This document shows, piece after piece, positions 1 through 14,033 of a DNA stretch of 64,000 nt. The stretch covers positions 1,017,817-1,081,816 of the forward strand of contig CAVNZM010000013.1 of the NCBI GenBank assembly GCA_963693365.1. Direction: 5' to 3'. Below the pieces are notes generated by a model. It was not told where the DNA came from. It made no database searches and saw nothing but the letters and a program-made list of their open reading frames with translations. How positions within the stretch are numbered: the first letter of the stretch is position 1; every line of letters starts with the position of its first letter. The DNA comes from Amoebidium appalachense. Its lineage: Eukaryota; Protista; Ichthyosporea. The position numbers and the translations under genes are program-made.

Positions 1-603
1 AAAAAGTTGTGATGCTTACAGCCTGGCCCAGAATAAATAAAGGGGAAGACCTTGTTTGCACATGGCAGTATCAATATTTTGGCATACAATACGCTTAGAA
101 GCCGTTTCCCTAGGCCCATTCGGTTTGGTTCGAAGGATCAAAATCACTACTTTTCGTGAAAGTTGTGAGAAAGTTATACAGTGACCTACACAAATACGTG
201 TCGGCCAGCCTGAGGTTTTCATACACAACTGAGAATACGCTAGAAGACACAGGACCTCATTCATATGCATGGGGCGGGAGAAGGCAACGCTTGAATGCAA
301 GCACATAAAAAGACGCGTACGCGCATAAACAGTACTTTTGCACTTTGCGAGAAACACGAAACAAGAGAGAAAAAATTGGGCGGGGTGTTGGCTGATCTTT
401 GCTTTTTGTATGCGACAGCAAAATCCCACGCCTTTTTAATTGCGTCTGATTGGTCGAATGGCGACATCGATAAAGGCGTTTCTGATTGGTCATCCTTAAT
501 CCCCCCATACTGTTACAAAGATTGATAAGCCGGGCCACTCATAAAGGCTCCAATAAACTTCTGATGGGCCATTTCATCGAACAAGAAAAAAGAAATAGAA
601 TTG

Positions 604-1104
604 ATGCTAAGCTTTTATATTTCATTATGTCTTTTAGCAGCTGGTTTCAGCATTCCGCAAAACGATGGGTACAAATGTAAATGGCTTTTTTGCCCATGGC
701 TCACAAAGTGGCTCACAGTAGGACCCCCTAGACCGACCGTTGAACCGAAATCTGAAATCAAGGCCTCCTGGGAGATTACATAGGAGGCCTTGACCGAAAT
801 CGAACGTTCTGCGTTATTGTTCCGCGGATCTGCGTTTTTCACACTGATAATCATTTCCCTGTGGGTCATAATTGGGGAAAAACCAAACCAAAACAAAACG
901 TTAGTGTTGTATGCCGCACAAACAGTAAGGAAAGGATATTGGCATATAACAGAGCCAGCAAGTTCGATAAAAGACGAAACTTTGAAAGGGACGAAGGTGA
1001 GGAAGTATCTCAAATTTTTTTTAAAGACTCGGTCATTAAAAAAAAAAAAAAAAAAAAAAGATCGCCACCGTCCCTTCCAGCTGCTTTCCGAATTCACATT
1101 CTAG
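604..1104 (+). pseudogene. Possible signal-peptide plus TM ORF interrupted by one in-frame TAG
   Basis: ORFs 601-783 and 790-1104 are in the same frame: MLSFYISLCLLAAGFS...WEIT*EALTEIERSALLFRGSAFFTLIIISLWVII; donor-like AAG|gtgagg at 996/997. Confidence 0.25.
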
Positions 1105-1338
1105 AAGCACGCTTCTACCAATGCTTTGTCCCGATCCCACGCACCACACCATGTGCCTGAGTCCATGTGACACGCACATGCACAGGCACGTATGCACACT
1201 CACTTACCATGCAGAAAAGCCAGCCCACAGATGTGTGCGTGAGTGAGACCTCTACGCTCTCCTCTACGCCTGTGGCACTGGCTATTCACCCTGGCAGACA
1301 AACACATGTGTACACACACGCACGCACACGCACGCACG

Positions 1339-1401
<63 letters not shown>

Positions 1402-2256
1402 CGCGCGTGTCATTTTGCCCCCAAAACCATACTAAATGACCATTCAGTAGTAGTATGAATTCCATACGAATTTCTTTACAAGCATTTTGAAAATGAGCTA
1501 GGGGGTTGTGTAACAGGGACTCACCGGCCTACAGTTTGAGCTCAAATGAATACAATGTCTTCAAGTTGTTGGTGGACACAATGCCATACAGAATTCTTCG
1601 AACAGGAACCGTCTTTGCTTTTTTCTTCCTCTTCCTTTTCTTCTTCCTCCTCCCCCCCCCCCCCCCCCCTCCCTCCCCCCCCCCCCCCCCCCCCCCCCCA
1701 CCACCACCACCACCCCCACCATCTGCCCCCAGCTGTCCCCCCGCCCCATGCAGCGTGCACCTCGAGGCATATATCTGTTGTTCTGGTTCATCTGACACAT
1801 AAGTCTCATACTGGGAAACCTATCCTCGGACCTCAAATTGAATATGTGCCACCCGATCACCCCTTCGACTTGTGGTTCTTTCTCGAGAAATATCATGATG
1901 GTGGCTTTGGTGTCTCACACTGTGTTCTTCGTTGTGTAGCTTGACTCTTCACAGTGACTGTGTTATCGCGTCATCCCCCCTCCTTCCACCTACCCCCCCC
2001 TTCCCCCCCCCCCCCCCCCCCCCAAACACACACACACTGTCACACACAAAGTGTCACACACACATACATACACCAACCACCCACTTACCCGTCCATCCAT
2101 CCCTCCTTACTCGAAAAGAGAATGGCCCCCCTTTAAGTTACGCAACAGGTGCACACGTGAGGCTCATTACAATTGGATACCACGTTGAACCCATTTGGGT
2201 GTTCAGTGCACGGTTTTCGCGTGCGTGAGTGTGTGTGTGCACACTGTGTGTGTGTG

Positions 2257-2288
<32 letters not shown>

Positions 2289-2300
2289 TGCGTGCGTGTG

Positions 2301-2364
<64 letters not shown>

Positions 2365-2426
2365 TGTGACGCCGTGCGTGAATGCGTGCGTGCGTGCGTG
2401 TGTGCGTGCGTGTGTGCGTGCGTGTG

Positions 2427-2457
<31 letters not shown>

Positions 2458-2573
2458 ATGCGTTTGTTCGACGCCGTGCGTGCGTGTGTGCGTGTGTGCG
2501 TGTGTGTGTGTGTTTAAGGGGAAACGTTCATTTATGCTACAACCGTGAGCCTCCTTCTCCTTACCCCCTCTCC

Positions 2574-2607
<34 letters not shown>

Positions 2608-2901
2608 ACCACCACCACCACCACCACCACCACCGCCGTATACACACACCCAGTACATGCCTGGCCCACTCTCCCTCTCCCGAATCCCAATTCCCCGCCC
2701 TTTCCCTCTTCCCCCGCTTCCCCTTCCCTTCAACCCCCCCCCCCCCCCTCCCCCCCCCCCTCCTTTCCCCTCCCGTCCCCCCCCCCTCCTCCCCCCCCCC
2801 CCCCCCCGGTCCCACTGAGTCTCCTCCCCTTCCCCTCCCTCAAACTCTCGCTTTTTCTTCCCCCTCCCCCCCCCCCACCTCCCCCCCCCTCCCTCCCCCC
2901 C

Positions 2902-2932
<31 letters not shown>

Positions 2933-3476
2933 AAAAAAAAAAAAGAAAGAAAAAAAAACAAAAAAAAACCAGACCGACTCTTATCTGAAACTCTAAAATA
3001 TGTGATTGGTGATTAAATTTTGCAGCCTCCTACAACAACGACCAAAATGGGTCTAGCAATGCATCATACTCAGTATCGGTCGAGGAAGTTTAGTCTCGAA
3101 GGATATGTACCCACTGGCTCACGCAAGTGGCCGGGCACTACTACGCCACGAGACGGCGTCAAAAAAAAGAAAAAGAAAAACCGCAGGGAAGACAGCACCC
3201 AGAGTGACTAAAGGAAGTTCGTGCCTTATGTAATGCTGCTCAGTTTGATTGGCTGACAAGGATGCTGCTGTACGTACGTAGCCAATCACGAGCCACCGTT
3301 TATAGTGACCGTTATATGTCTCTTCGGTTGCCCTCAACTTGTGACATCCGTCATTATGATCATATTCATAGTACCGTGGAGGTATAATAAAACAATAAAA
3401 AAAGTAGGAATATAGTGCCACTCTATCCCTTATTTTCATCACATACAGTCATAGCACCAACAATGGGATATTCCAA

Positions 3477-3965
3477 TTCCGTTCCTGGATGGCTTTTTGG
3501 GTTCGGTAACGATATAGTATGATTGGTGGTTTTTCAATGTTAGACGATCAAATCTGTAATCTCAGAGACTCAGACATCTGATTGGTTAAGATTTCATTGC
3601 TTATCAGAAAAGCAATCGCTCATCATCTATTTCTCAAATTTATTTCAACTAAAGACACTGCTGACCAATCACAGATCTCCAATCACTGAACAATGGGCTA
3701 ACTTTAAAAACCACCAATCAAATGTTGCGATTCGCGAAACCCCAAATATTTTAAGAAACGGAAAGACCCAATGGATTGGTGCATTTTTTGATGTTTTTTG
3801 ATGGTAGAGCCATTGTTCGATTATTGCAGATCTGTGATTGGTCAGCAGTTAAAGCTTGCTTATTCGAACTGCCATCACGCCCGAATCATTTTAATTAATT
3901 CATTTAAAGCTACTAAAGACACCGTAACCCAATCACCGATCTGCAATTATCGAGCAATGATCTAA
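3477..3965. repeat. Degenerate inverted-repeat cluster of CCAAT-containing modules
   Basis: 3477-3590 is an imperfect reverse complement of 3661-3763. The module CTGACCAATCACAGATCT.CAAT...GAACAATG recurs at ~3660 (+), ~3807-3850 (-) and ~3927-3965 (+). Confidence 0.6.
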
Positions 3966-4135
3966 CAAATACTTAAAGCCGTTGCAAACATCACCAGGGA
4001 TACGATATTCCGCTCCATTAGAAAGGGAAAGGCCCAATGCGTGCACACCATCTGACCAGATTTTACATATTACAAACCAAAAGAAGAAACAGCCGCCAGA
4101 AGGAATATGCCATTATGCAGAACTTGAACCGCTTT

Positions 4136-4166
<31 letters not shown>

Positions 4167-4204
4167 GGAGGGGGGGGGGGGGGGGGGGGGGGGGGGAAGC
4201 GTGT

Positions 4205-4316
<112 letters not shown>

Positions 4317-5022
4317 ATGCGCATTTGAGTGAATGAGTGAGTGTGTGTGAACGTGCACACGCCCGAGCGTGCATGTTTTTGGATGGAGAGGGGGAAGGAG
4401 GGATGGGGGAGCGAGGAAACAATCTGAATTTTACCGGATATTATTGGTTGGAAAGTGGTTGCTTTAATCATCATGATGTAGCACATGGCTTGTGTACAGT
4501 TAGTTACTTTACAACACTGAAGTTTTAATCAATACTCACATCTCCCAGTTAATATATATACATGGTTTATCTCGAAAACAATTAATTATGACAAAAGATT
4601 CCCAATATGTCAACTGAGGATTTTCATTTTTGATAGTGTAATAATGTCCATTTTTTGCTACACTAGACACACTGCGCAAACGTCAAAAACTAGAAAATAC
4701 GGCAAACAAAGGGGAAACAGACCACAACAACAAAACTCAACACCAAACCACACACTTCCTATCTTATTTAACTACAACAAACTATATAATTAAGTTTTAT
4801 AGCATATCTACATGTATCTGTACTCATAAACCAGCAAATAAGGGATTATCATGCAGACAAAGATAGTACGTCATTTTTATGTTACAGTCACACGTCCACC
4901 ATTTATGGCTGTAACACAAACAGCAACAGTAGGTATGGAACGGGGGTCCAAGAAGGAGACACACACACGGCCGTGTTGTGTGTCTGTGTGCGTGTGCGTG
5001 TGCGTGTGCGTGTGTGTGTGTG

Positions 5023-5060
<38 letters not shown>

Positions 5061-5458
5061 CCTTTACACGTTGTGGTAAACATATTAATTTTTGGAAATA
5101 GCAACTAATATGTATTTAGTTTTTGGTTGGTCCCTTCCTACATTGCACCAGGTCTAAAAACCAAACAAGAAACGCAAACAATAAGTCACAAGAAAACACC
5201 TGAATTAACTAGCATGAAACGGAATGGAGAAAAGGAAGCACACACACACACAAAGCAACCTGGGAATCAAGTCACCAAACTTCGACTTGGCAAACAAACC
5301 GGGCAAAAAAAAAAAGAAATGAAATGAAATGAAAAAAAAGAATAGACAAGCCGTTTCCTTGTCGACACACAACCCTTTTAACATATCGCATACCGCACAT
5401 CACTTGCAAAACACGCAAAATACACACACCCCCTCTCTTCATTAACTTAATCCCACCA

Positions 5459-6743
5459 TCACACCACAACAATTCTCTTGTTAATCCTCGGGTCGGTCGA
5501 AGCCGTCAAAAACTCCACAGGGAGTTTTCTCGCCATCCCTGCCTCCGTCACCACCCCACCCTCCCTTATAATACTCACGGGCGGCATGTACTTTAAGGGA
5601 GACTCGGTAACCCTCCCAGAAACATTCCCAAAAACGACAGGAGCGGAGTTCGTGATTTTCCCTCTAGCCGACGCTTGGTTTTTGACACTGGAATTTCGCG
5701 TCAACGCTTGTGTGTGGTGGTAGTGGTTTGCGCTGGAGTCAGCGACCATTGAAACGCCACTGGTTGCGGGGGCGATGTGTTTGGTGTTTTTACCCATCTG
5801 TGGTTGGGACTGGAGGGAGAGAGGGGGAGGGGGGGGGAGGAGGGGGGGGGGGGGGGGAGGAGGGGGGGGGGGGGGGGGAGAGGGGTGGTGGGGGTGTGGG
5901 AGGGAGAGGTAGAAGGAGGGGAGGGAGGTGGGGTATTGGGTTGAAAGGGGAAGGAGCGAGATGGGGACGGGGAGCGGGGAGGCCGAGGAGGGAATGGGGA
6001 GGAGGAGGGAGGTGGGGAGGGGAAGGGGGAGGGGAGGGAAGAAGAGGGAGGAAGGGAGTGCGGGAAAAAAAAACAAGGAAAACGAAAAGGGGTGGCACGG
6101 GGGGGGGGGGGGGGGGGGGGGGGAGAATAAAGGGGAAGAAGTGGCAAGTGGGTTAGTATTCAATGAACATGGGCCGAAATGTGGTAAGTTAGGATGGAGA
6201 GTGGGTGTCGGTTAGGGAGACCTTTCACGTAAACATCGGTCGCGGGGGGGGGGGGGGGGGGGGGGGAGGGGGGGGGCAGAGACTTTAGTATGGGTGGTTG
6301 TATGAGTGTACAATGAGGGTGTTGTGTTGGATGGTTTTGCATTATCTTCGAACCTGGCAGCGATTGAGCAAAGTGGGGTTGAAACTGAGAAAGAAGACAC
6401 TGATTCTAACAGGCATGGGTGGCCAGAAATAGTAGATGTGGTGGTGAGGGGAGGGGGAGGAGGGGGGGGGGGAGAGAGAGGAGAAGAGGGGGGAGGGGGG
6501 GGGGGGGGGGTTGGTGGCAGTGGTGGTGGGGAGGGGGGAGGATGCGGAAGATTGGAGGCGTGTGTGCATGTGGAGATACAGCCCGAGGGGGGGGGGGGGG
6601 GGGGGGGGGGGAGGTGGGTGTGTGTGTGTGTGTGGGAGAGGAGAAAATAATGCAAACATTCAAATAAAAAACAACTAGAGCCAATATTGTGATTAATGCT
6701 TCTACACGTGCTTTATATATTTTAATTTTTGTTGTGTGTGTTA

Positions 6744-6815
<72 letters not shown>

Positions 6816-9280
6816 AGAAGGGGAGGGGGGAGGGGGAGGGAGGAAAGAAAAGTGAATGGGGGGAGGAGGCAAAGCCAGGAGGGACAGGGGAGGGGGTGGC
6901 AGGGGTAGGAACTTAGTATCAGGAGGAACGGAAAGTGAAGGGGAGGAGGGGGGAGGGAAGGGGGGAGCGGAGAGGGGGGAATATGGAGGGGATGGAGGGG
7001 GGAAGGGGGGGGGGGGGGGGGGGGGAGATGGGGGAAGGGTACTTACATTCTGATGTTGCAAAAGCGCCGCCACCTTCTTCTTCTGCGAAACTGTCCTCGC
7101 AAGATAAGACAGGGGTCCCCCCTTGCTCCTATCTTTTTCCTTCTTTCCATTCACCCCGGAATTATTCCCGCTCCCAGACCTCTGAACAACCCCATGGTCA
7201 TCCGACTGGCTCCTTAAAGATGGCATAGACTGATGATATTCACCCCCCGTCTTTAACTCCTCGCTCACGCTCGTCACCGCCCGGTGCACGCCCACGCCCG
7301 CGCCCGCCCCGGACTTCGTTAAAGAACCGTGGGAAGGCGGACCCGTAACGACCATGTTAACGGGAACGTCCGGTTTTACGGCGGGTGCAGAGGGACCCGT
7401 AGCCACCGCGGGATTGGCCGCAAGCCACGCGGCGGTTTCGGCCGTCATCACCAAGGGCCGCCGCGTCTTATTGGGCGTTCCCCCATGTTGCTGCTGTTGT
7501 ATGACAAACGGGCCGGAGGAAGACGAGGTGGTGGGGCGACCCGGTTCGGGCACCTGGCCTGAATCGGAAGGCTTCTTCTCGTCGGCGGCGCCCTCCGCTT
7601 CCTCCTCTATAGTGTCGAAATATTCGACGGAAGTTTCAGAGAGATGATCGTGGAGATCTGGCTCCCCCCCCGATATATTCGGGAATTTCGGGTTGCGACG
7701 ACGAATCGGATGTGTTGGAGGCCATTTCTGATTGGTTGACGTTTGCGCAAATGGTGTCGGCGGCGGGGGTTTTTGTCGTCGAATTTTCGGCCCCGGAAAC
7801 GGCGAGAATGGTCGACCGGGCGAGGTTTCGTCTCGTCTCTTCTGCCATTTTGCGTCTTTCCTCTTCCTCCCTGAGAATTCTTTCCTTTTCCTCCCTCATT
7901 ACCAGCGCGGCGATCATTGCGGTTCTGTTTCTCTCTTCCATTTCCAATCTCTCCTTCTCCCTTCTCTCCATTTCCTCTGCCTCGCGAATCTCTCGCTCTT
8001 CTCTCTCCATCGCCTCTTCCTTCTCCCTCCTCTCTCCCGCCTCCCGCCCTATCCTCTCCCTTTCCTCCTGTTCCCGTCTTTCCTTTTCTTCCTTTTCCCT
8101 CTGTATCTTTTCCAGTTTTTCTCTCTCGATCTGCTGTATGTGTTCTTTCTCGAGCCTCAGGCTAACCTCTTTCAGTTCTCTCCTTTTCTTTTCCTCCTCC
8201 TCGCTCTCTCTATCCATAGCTTCCATTGTCTCCTGTGCGATTTTTTTCCCTTTGCTCTCTCCCCTCTCTTTCCTTTTCCTCTCTCTCTCTCTCCCTCCCT
8301 CTCTCTCTCTCTCCGTTCCGCTTCCTCCCTCTCCCTCCTCTCTCTCTCCTGTCTCTCCCACTTTTCGATCTCTTCCCTCTCCCACCTTTCCGTTTCCTCT
8401 CGTGCCTTTCTGTCCTCTTCTTCCTTTGCAACCCTTTCCAACCTCTCACGTTCTTCTTTCTCCCTCCCTCTCCCTTCTCTCTCTGTCCTCTCTCTCCCAC
8501 CTTTCCACTCTCTCTTTCTCCTCCCTCTCCAACCTTTCCATTTCCTCTCCCTCCAACCTCTCCCTCTCCCTCCCTCTCCCTCCTCTCCTTCTCCTCTCTC
8601 TCCACCCTTTCTCTTTCCTCCCTCTCCCTTCTCTCCCTCTCCTCCCTCTCCCTCCCTCTCCCTCCTCTCCGTCTCGGCGGCGATCGCCTTAATCAATTCC
8701 TCCCTCCTCCTTCTACTCTCTTCCGCCCTTTTCCGCTCTTCTTCCTCCTCCTGAAGCGCACGTGCGCGCGCCGCCTCTAACTCAAGCGCACGTGCCTTCC
8801 TCTCTTCCTCCCTTCTCAATCTCTCCTCCTCCTCCTTTCTCTCTGCGTCAATTCTCGCCTCTTCCTTCTTCCGTTCCGCCACCCTGATTTTAAAATTTAA
8901 AATGTCCGGGTCGACGTCGTCTACCTCGGCCCACGCCATCGCCTGAGTCTCTTTAAGCGTCTTGGTGGTTCGCAGCTCGCCGCGGAATGCCCTTTCTGTT
9001 TTTCCGAGATGTAACCTGAGAAAAAAACATAGGAGAAGTGGTGTAAGTGATGGGAAAACATGCAAGAGCTTAATGAGAAAAACACGGGGAAGTGAACCGA
9101 AGAAGACAAAAGTGTAGGCTGGATGTCGGGTCAGTGAAAGTGGATATAGTCTAAGGTGTGGAGATGGTAGGGATGGGGTGGGGTGTGTGAGTGTAGGCTG
9201 GGGGGAGGAGGGGGGAGGGGGGTGGGGGGGGGGAGCTTACAGCAGGAGGAAGGGGGTAGGGGACCGGGGGGGGGGGGGGT

Positions 9281-9316
<36 letters not shown>

Positions 9317-10108
9317 GGTAAATGAGTAAATGTGTCCAAGAAAAGCACCACATAATAGTGAAAGTTTGATGTGGTGCGATGTAAGGGGAACATTTGCCCA
9401 TGCGTGCGAACAGGAAGGAGGATATTTTCTTTTCGTTTTTTCTTCTTCTTTTTTTTTTTTGGTGTATTTGTGGGGGGGGGGGGGTTGGGGGGGTTTGGGG
9501 GTAGAGGGGGGCAAAGGTGGGTTCAATGGATTACAGTAATGCAAGCGTGTAATGTGTCTTTCTTCATCATGACCCAAAGTCTAAAACATTTGAAAATCGA
9601 TTTATGTTTCGAATGCATTGCAGTTGTGTGAGTGTAAAGCTGACATAGTGCAAGTCTGTAAGCCGAGAAAGGCGTTAGTTTATAAATCCCGGAGTATAAA
9701 ATTTAAATTTTGCAACCGACTTCTATGCCCATCTGACCTCTGCCTACCCTTCACCCTTCTGCACACACACACACACACTGTGTCCCCTCACACGTGTGCT
9801 TCAATCCCCCCTCCTCCCCCCCCCCCCCCCTCTCCCCCTCCCTTTCCCCCCTGCTCTCAACCCCCCCCCCCTCCCCTCCTGTTCCCCTTCCTCCCCCCCC
9901 ATCCCTCCAACCACACACAGACAAGCCTATCCCAGGCAATCCAGTTAACCCCTGTGATCAGAGGATGGCCTTGAAATTCATTCATCCCCCCCCCCCCCCC
10001 CCCCCCCCAAACTCACCCCGCTTTTCCCCACTCCTACATGCCCTTCCTTCACCCCCTTCCGATTTAAAGACTACCAAACCATCCTCTCCTAACGGCCCCA
10101 CGTCCCCT

Positions 10109-10161
<53 letters not shown>

Positions 10162-10611
10162 ACTCACCCACCCACCCACCCACCCACCCACCGGCACATC
10201 ACACTCGAACCAGTACACATACACACAGCACATCACACGACATCACCAACGCAACACCAAGACAAGAATTCCGAAAAAAAATTCTCTCAAAATTTCACCC
10301 CTATTCCCTTCCTATCTATGCTCTTCACATTTATGTAGTCTTCAAACTATTGCTCTCGTTGATTTTTCTCCTTAAAACTATGCCTAGTTTCCGTCTTCCC
10401 TACCCAGTGCCCTCAATACCTCTTCCTTCCCCTTTTCCCCTCCTTCTCCCTTCGCCTTCCACACACACACACACACACACACACGGACATATTCCCTTCC
10501 TTCCCACTCCGGAACCCCCCCCCCCCCCCCCCCCCTCCCCTTTTCAACCCTCCCCCCACTCCCCCCCCCCCCACTCTCTCCCCCACTCCCCGCCTCCCCC
10601 CTCCCCCTCCC

Positions 10612-10642
<31 letters not shown>

Positions 10643-11254
10643 AAAACATTACACAAGGGGCACACCGCCTTTACAGAAAACAAAGAGAACCAAAGCAAGC
10701 CATACTCACTTGTTCACAATGATGACACGACACTGCTCCGTGATGTTAAACGCCGAATCCATCATCGCCACAACAGTGAACCTGTCCTCCGGCTTCACTT
10801 CAATCGTGTCTTTCCCCGCCCTCACCACAAACTCAAACGGCCCCTCGCACTTTGCCTTCCCACACATCCACCCGGGGGGGAAATGGGGCGCCGGGACCAT
10901 CCTCTCAGGCTCCCCATATGCCCCCTTAACCCCGTTAAACGTTCCGTGTAGGTAGACATCATCACCCAAAACGCTGTGCGTGTTAACGAGGAAAAGCGTT
11001 GCGAGATAACGCTCAAACGTCTGTCCCTGAGACTTGACGTCGTATGGCGTTATTGTGCGTGCGGCAGAGAGGGAACCGCGTGTGGTATTGTCAATAGGGC
11101 GCGGGGGAGGAAGAGAGTTCTCCCTTGCCTTAACTAGAAATTCGTTTGCTAGTCCCTTAACCAAACTGTGACGCTGTAAGCGCATGCGGCCGCTGATAGG
11201 GGAAGAGCTCCCCTTGGCCAAGGTTTCACCTTCGTTTTCAGATTTCCCTTCCAT
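5459..11254 (-). CDS. 3-exon gene: globular N-terminal domain, long E/R/K-rich coiled coil, disordered C-terminus; function unknown
   Basis: Exons 11254-10710 (ATG MEGKSENE...IIVN, donor AA|gtgagt), 9015-7047 (ctcag|G; KLHLGKTERAFRGEL...LLQHQN|gtaagt) and 5797-5459 (cacag|ATG GGT...KRIVVV*). Splice phases match (2/2, 0/0). Exon 2 changes frame in the purine-rich repeat (~8170-8660) and at the G-run near 7663, most likely homopolymer errors. Confidence 0.75.
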
Positions 11255-12969
11255 TTTAAAGGAATCAGCTTGCAACGACAAATTTGAGCTGTGTTAATGT
11301 TTTGCTGGTTGTTATGTTTCTATCAAAAGTTTTGTCTAGTGAAAAAACTGTAGGAAATTTGCTAAGAGTTTTCACAACCACGAGGGGGAAAATGTGGGCG
11401 TGGAACTCCCTTCCACTTCTTAACACCTAAGTTCACCCATATCCCTGTTGTTTTTAAACTGTTTGCTACCTAGCATTCCCTTCTCCTACAAGTAATCTTG
11501 CGTGAAAGTTAAAACAGAAAACTTAAAAGAAACGAAAAAAACGGCGAACGAAACGGTGAGTGTGCTTGTGCACATGAAATGAATGAACAAGCCCCTGTAC
11601 GGGTGAAATGTATCGGGTTGTGGTAGCCAACCCAATGCGGCTTTGAGTTACTTTATTAGGAAGGCAATAATTTTGAGCGAAGTAAATGGAATCGGCGCTT
11701 CGAACACCAGCTGAGCTTCTGCTCTGACACTACATGTGCCAAAATCAAATCATGCGCGCTTCCAAGCTCAAACTTTATTATTTTTAAGTTTTTCAATTTA
11801 TAATTACTACATATATACAACAAATTTACATATTATTTTTATTAGTAGCAACATGCAAACGTGCACCATTTATTATGGACCTGCTTCCGCACCAAGAAAT
11901 GACAAAAAGCCTCTGCACTCGCTCCGGTGCCGTTACTTGAAGTTCACAAATAGATCTTTACGATGTGTTGCCGCAGTTGGCTCATGAATCGCCGCAGGCA
12001 ACAATTTGAGAAGCTTATTTTTCCATACTCAAAGCTAAACATTGGTATAGGGAATTCATTGGTATATCGATTTCTGGCTTGTTCTTTCAATTGAAGAGAA
12101 TACTGCATGTTCAATTGTGTACTCCATTTATCATGACAACATCCGCACATGCGGGTTTAGCGGTCACAGAAAGACAATGCGAGCGCGGTAAAGCTATTAC
12201 CTTTTGTGATTGGCTGAGCAGCTGGATAAGCAAGAAGTATTTTGTCTGGTTGGACAGTCTAATTTGTTTATCCAATCAAAGAAAGCTGACTGAGCGGGGT
12301 AATTTTTTCACAGATTCGAATGCTAAAACACACAAGGCATCGAAGTCGGAAGAGATGTGTCTAAACGTCGGGATGAGTAGAAACATCCACGGCGAACATA
12401 TTGCACCCTCTCAATACATGACACCACAAGACACACCAGATGGTAATTTCATTCCAAAGAAAACGCAAACGTTCGCGTAGCACCGACTTGTGCATGTCAG
12501 TTCACCGACCCAGCTAGCCTAGCCCAAAATTTTCCCGCGCTCTCAGGCTGCGACACTCACGCAAACGGACAGACTGCATGGACAGACTGAGCGTCACCGG
12601 CAGACAATATCCACGCGCACTCTGATGTGTGAAAGAGGAAGGCAATATATCCTCCTTGCAACTTCCAGAGTGTGTTCTCGATGGACTCACACGCACGCAT
12701 GTGCACGCACGGACTCACATATACGTATACGCATGCACACGCGCACATCCGGATCCAGCATCGATTTGGCCACGCGCAAACGTACACGCACGACCGCGGC
12801 ACACGGTTTGCGCACAAACACGTGTCCCCGCACAATCACGCGCGCACGGGCGCGCACATGCACACACCCATCCACACGCTTGCCCGGCCCACAAACACAA
12901 ACACAAACATATACACACGCACACCGTGAAGCACACACACGCACGCACACACACACACACACACACACA

Positions 12970-13088
<119 letters not shown>

Positions 13089-13564
13089 TCACTTGCAGGT
13101 CTTTCAGGCATCATGTTACCGCCGGTGGGACACATGCACACCATTGAGGGCGAAAAAAACACACACACATGCACATCTTCACATATCCTCGGGCTCGGCT
13201 CAGTCTGCACCCGGCCCGGACGATTAATCTAATAGGCTTCTTGGGGTCGGTACCCACCCGCAACTTCGGACGGTGGTATGGTGAGATGCTATCAGTAAGT
13301 TTTGTAATGAAATGGCAAAAGCAATTAAAAAAAACACAATTTCCACGTCGTGCAGAGTTGTGCACATCCGGGCGGTGCACACCATTGGATTTTGGACCGC
13401 TCCAGTGGATTTATTGACTGTGTGAATATTTTTGTGACTGGGCAAGTGACATGGCCACAGTAACTAACTACTTAGATGCACGCACTGACACACAGCGAGT
13501 ACACGCGGCTAGTGCCTAATACACTGCTGACCATCCACCGTGACGTGTGCGTGTGTGTGTGTGG

Positions 13565-13603
<39 letters not shown>

Positions 13604-14001
13604 CGTGTGTGCGTGTGTGTGTGTGTGTGCGCGCGCGCGTGTGCGTGTGCGTGTCCGTGTGTGTGTGTATGTGTCACAGTGCTTGTGTGTGTGTTCGCGC
13701 GCGCACTTGTGTGGTTGTGTGTGTATGTGTGCGTGTGCGAGTATATGATGGCGTGCACGAGCGTGTGTGTGGGTGCACAGTGCATGTGAGAAATTCAATG
13801 TGTGTGATCACCGTGGTCGTGGTTCCGGTTGTGGTGGTATTGGTGCATGTATGTGTTCGTTTTCAAAGGAGGGGAAGGGGGGGGGGGGGGGGGGATCACG
13901 GTGTGCATTTTTGGAATCGAAACATCAAAAAAGGCAAAGCACAAACCGTTACGGAGTTTTTTTGGGGGTAATAATCCCCCCCCCCCCCCCCCCCCCCCCC
14001 C

Positions 14002-14033
<32 letters not shown>

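Noticed and set aside
1208-1290. Minus-strand exon-like segment (ctgccag| ... G|gtaagt), and the plus-strand peptide at 1751-1944
   Set aside because: Good splice signals, but no recognisable protein and no partner exons could be joined.
7712-8780. Long plus-strand Ser/Leu/Phe-rich ORFs (326 and 340 aa)
   Set aside because: Antisense shadows of the E/R-rich coiled-coil exon.
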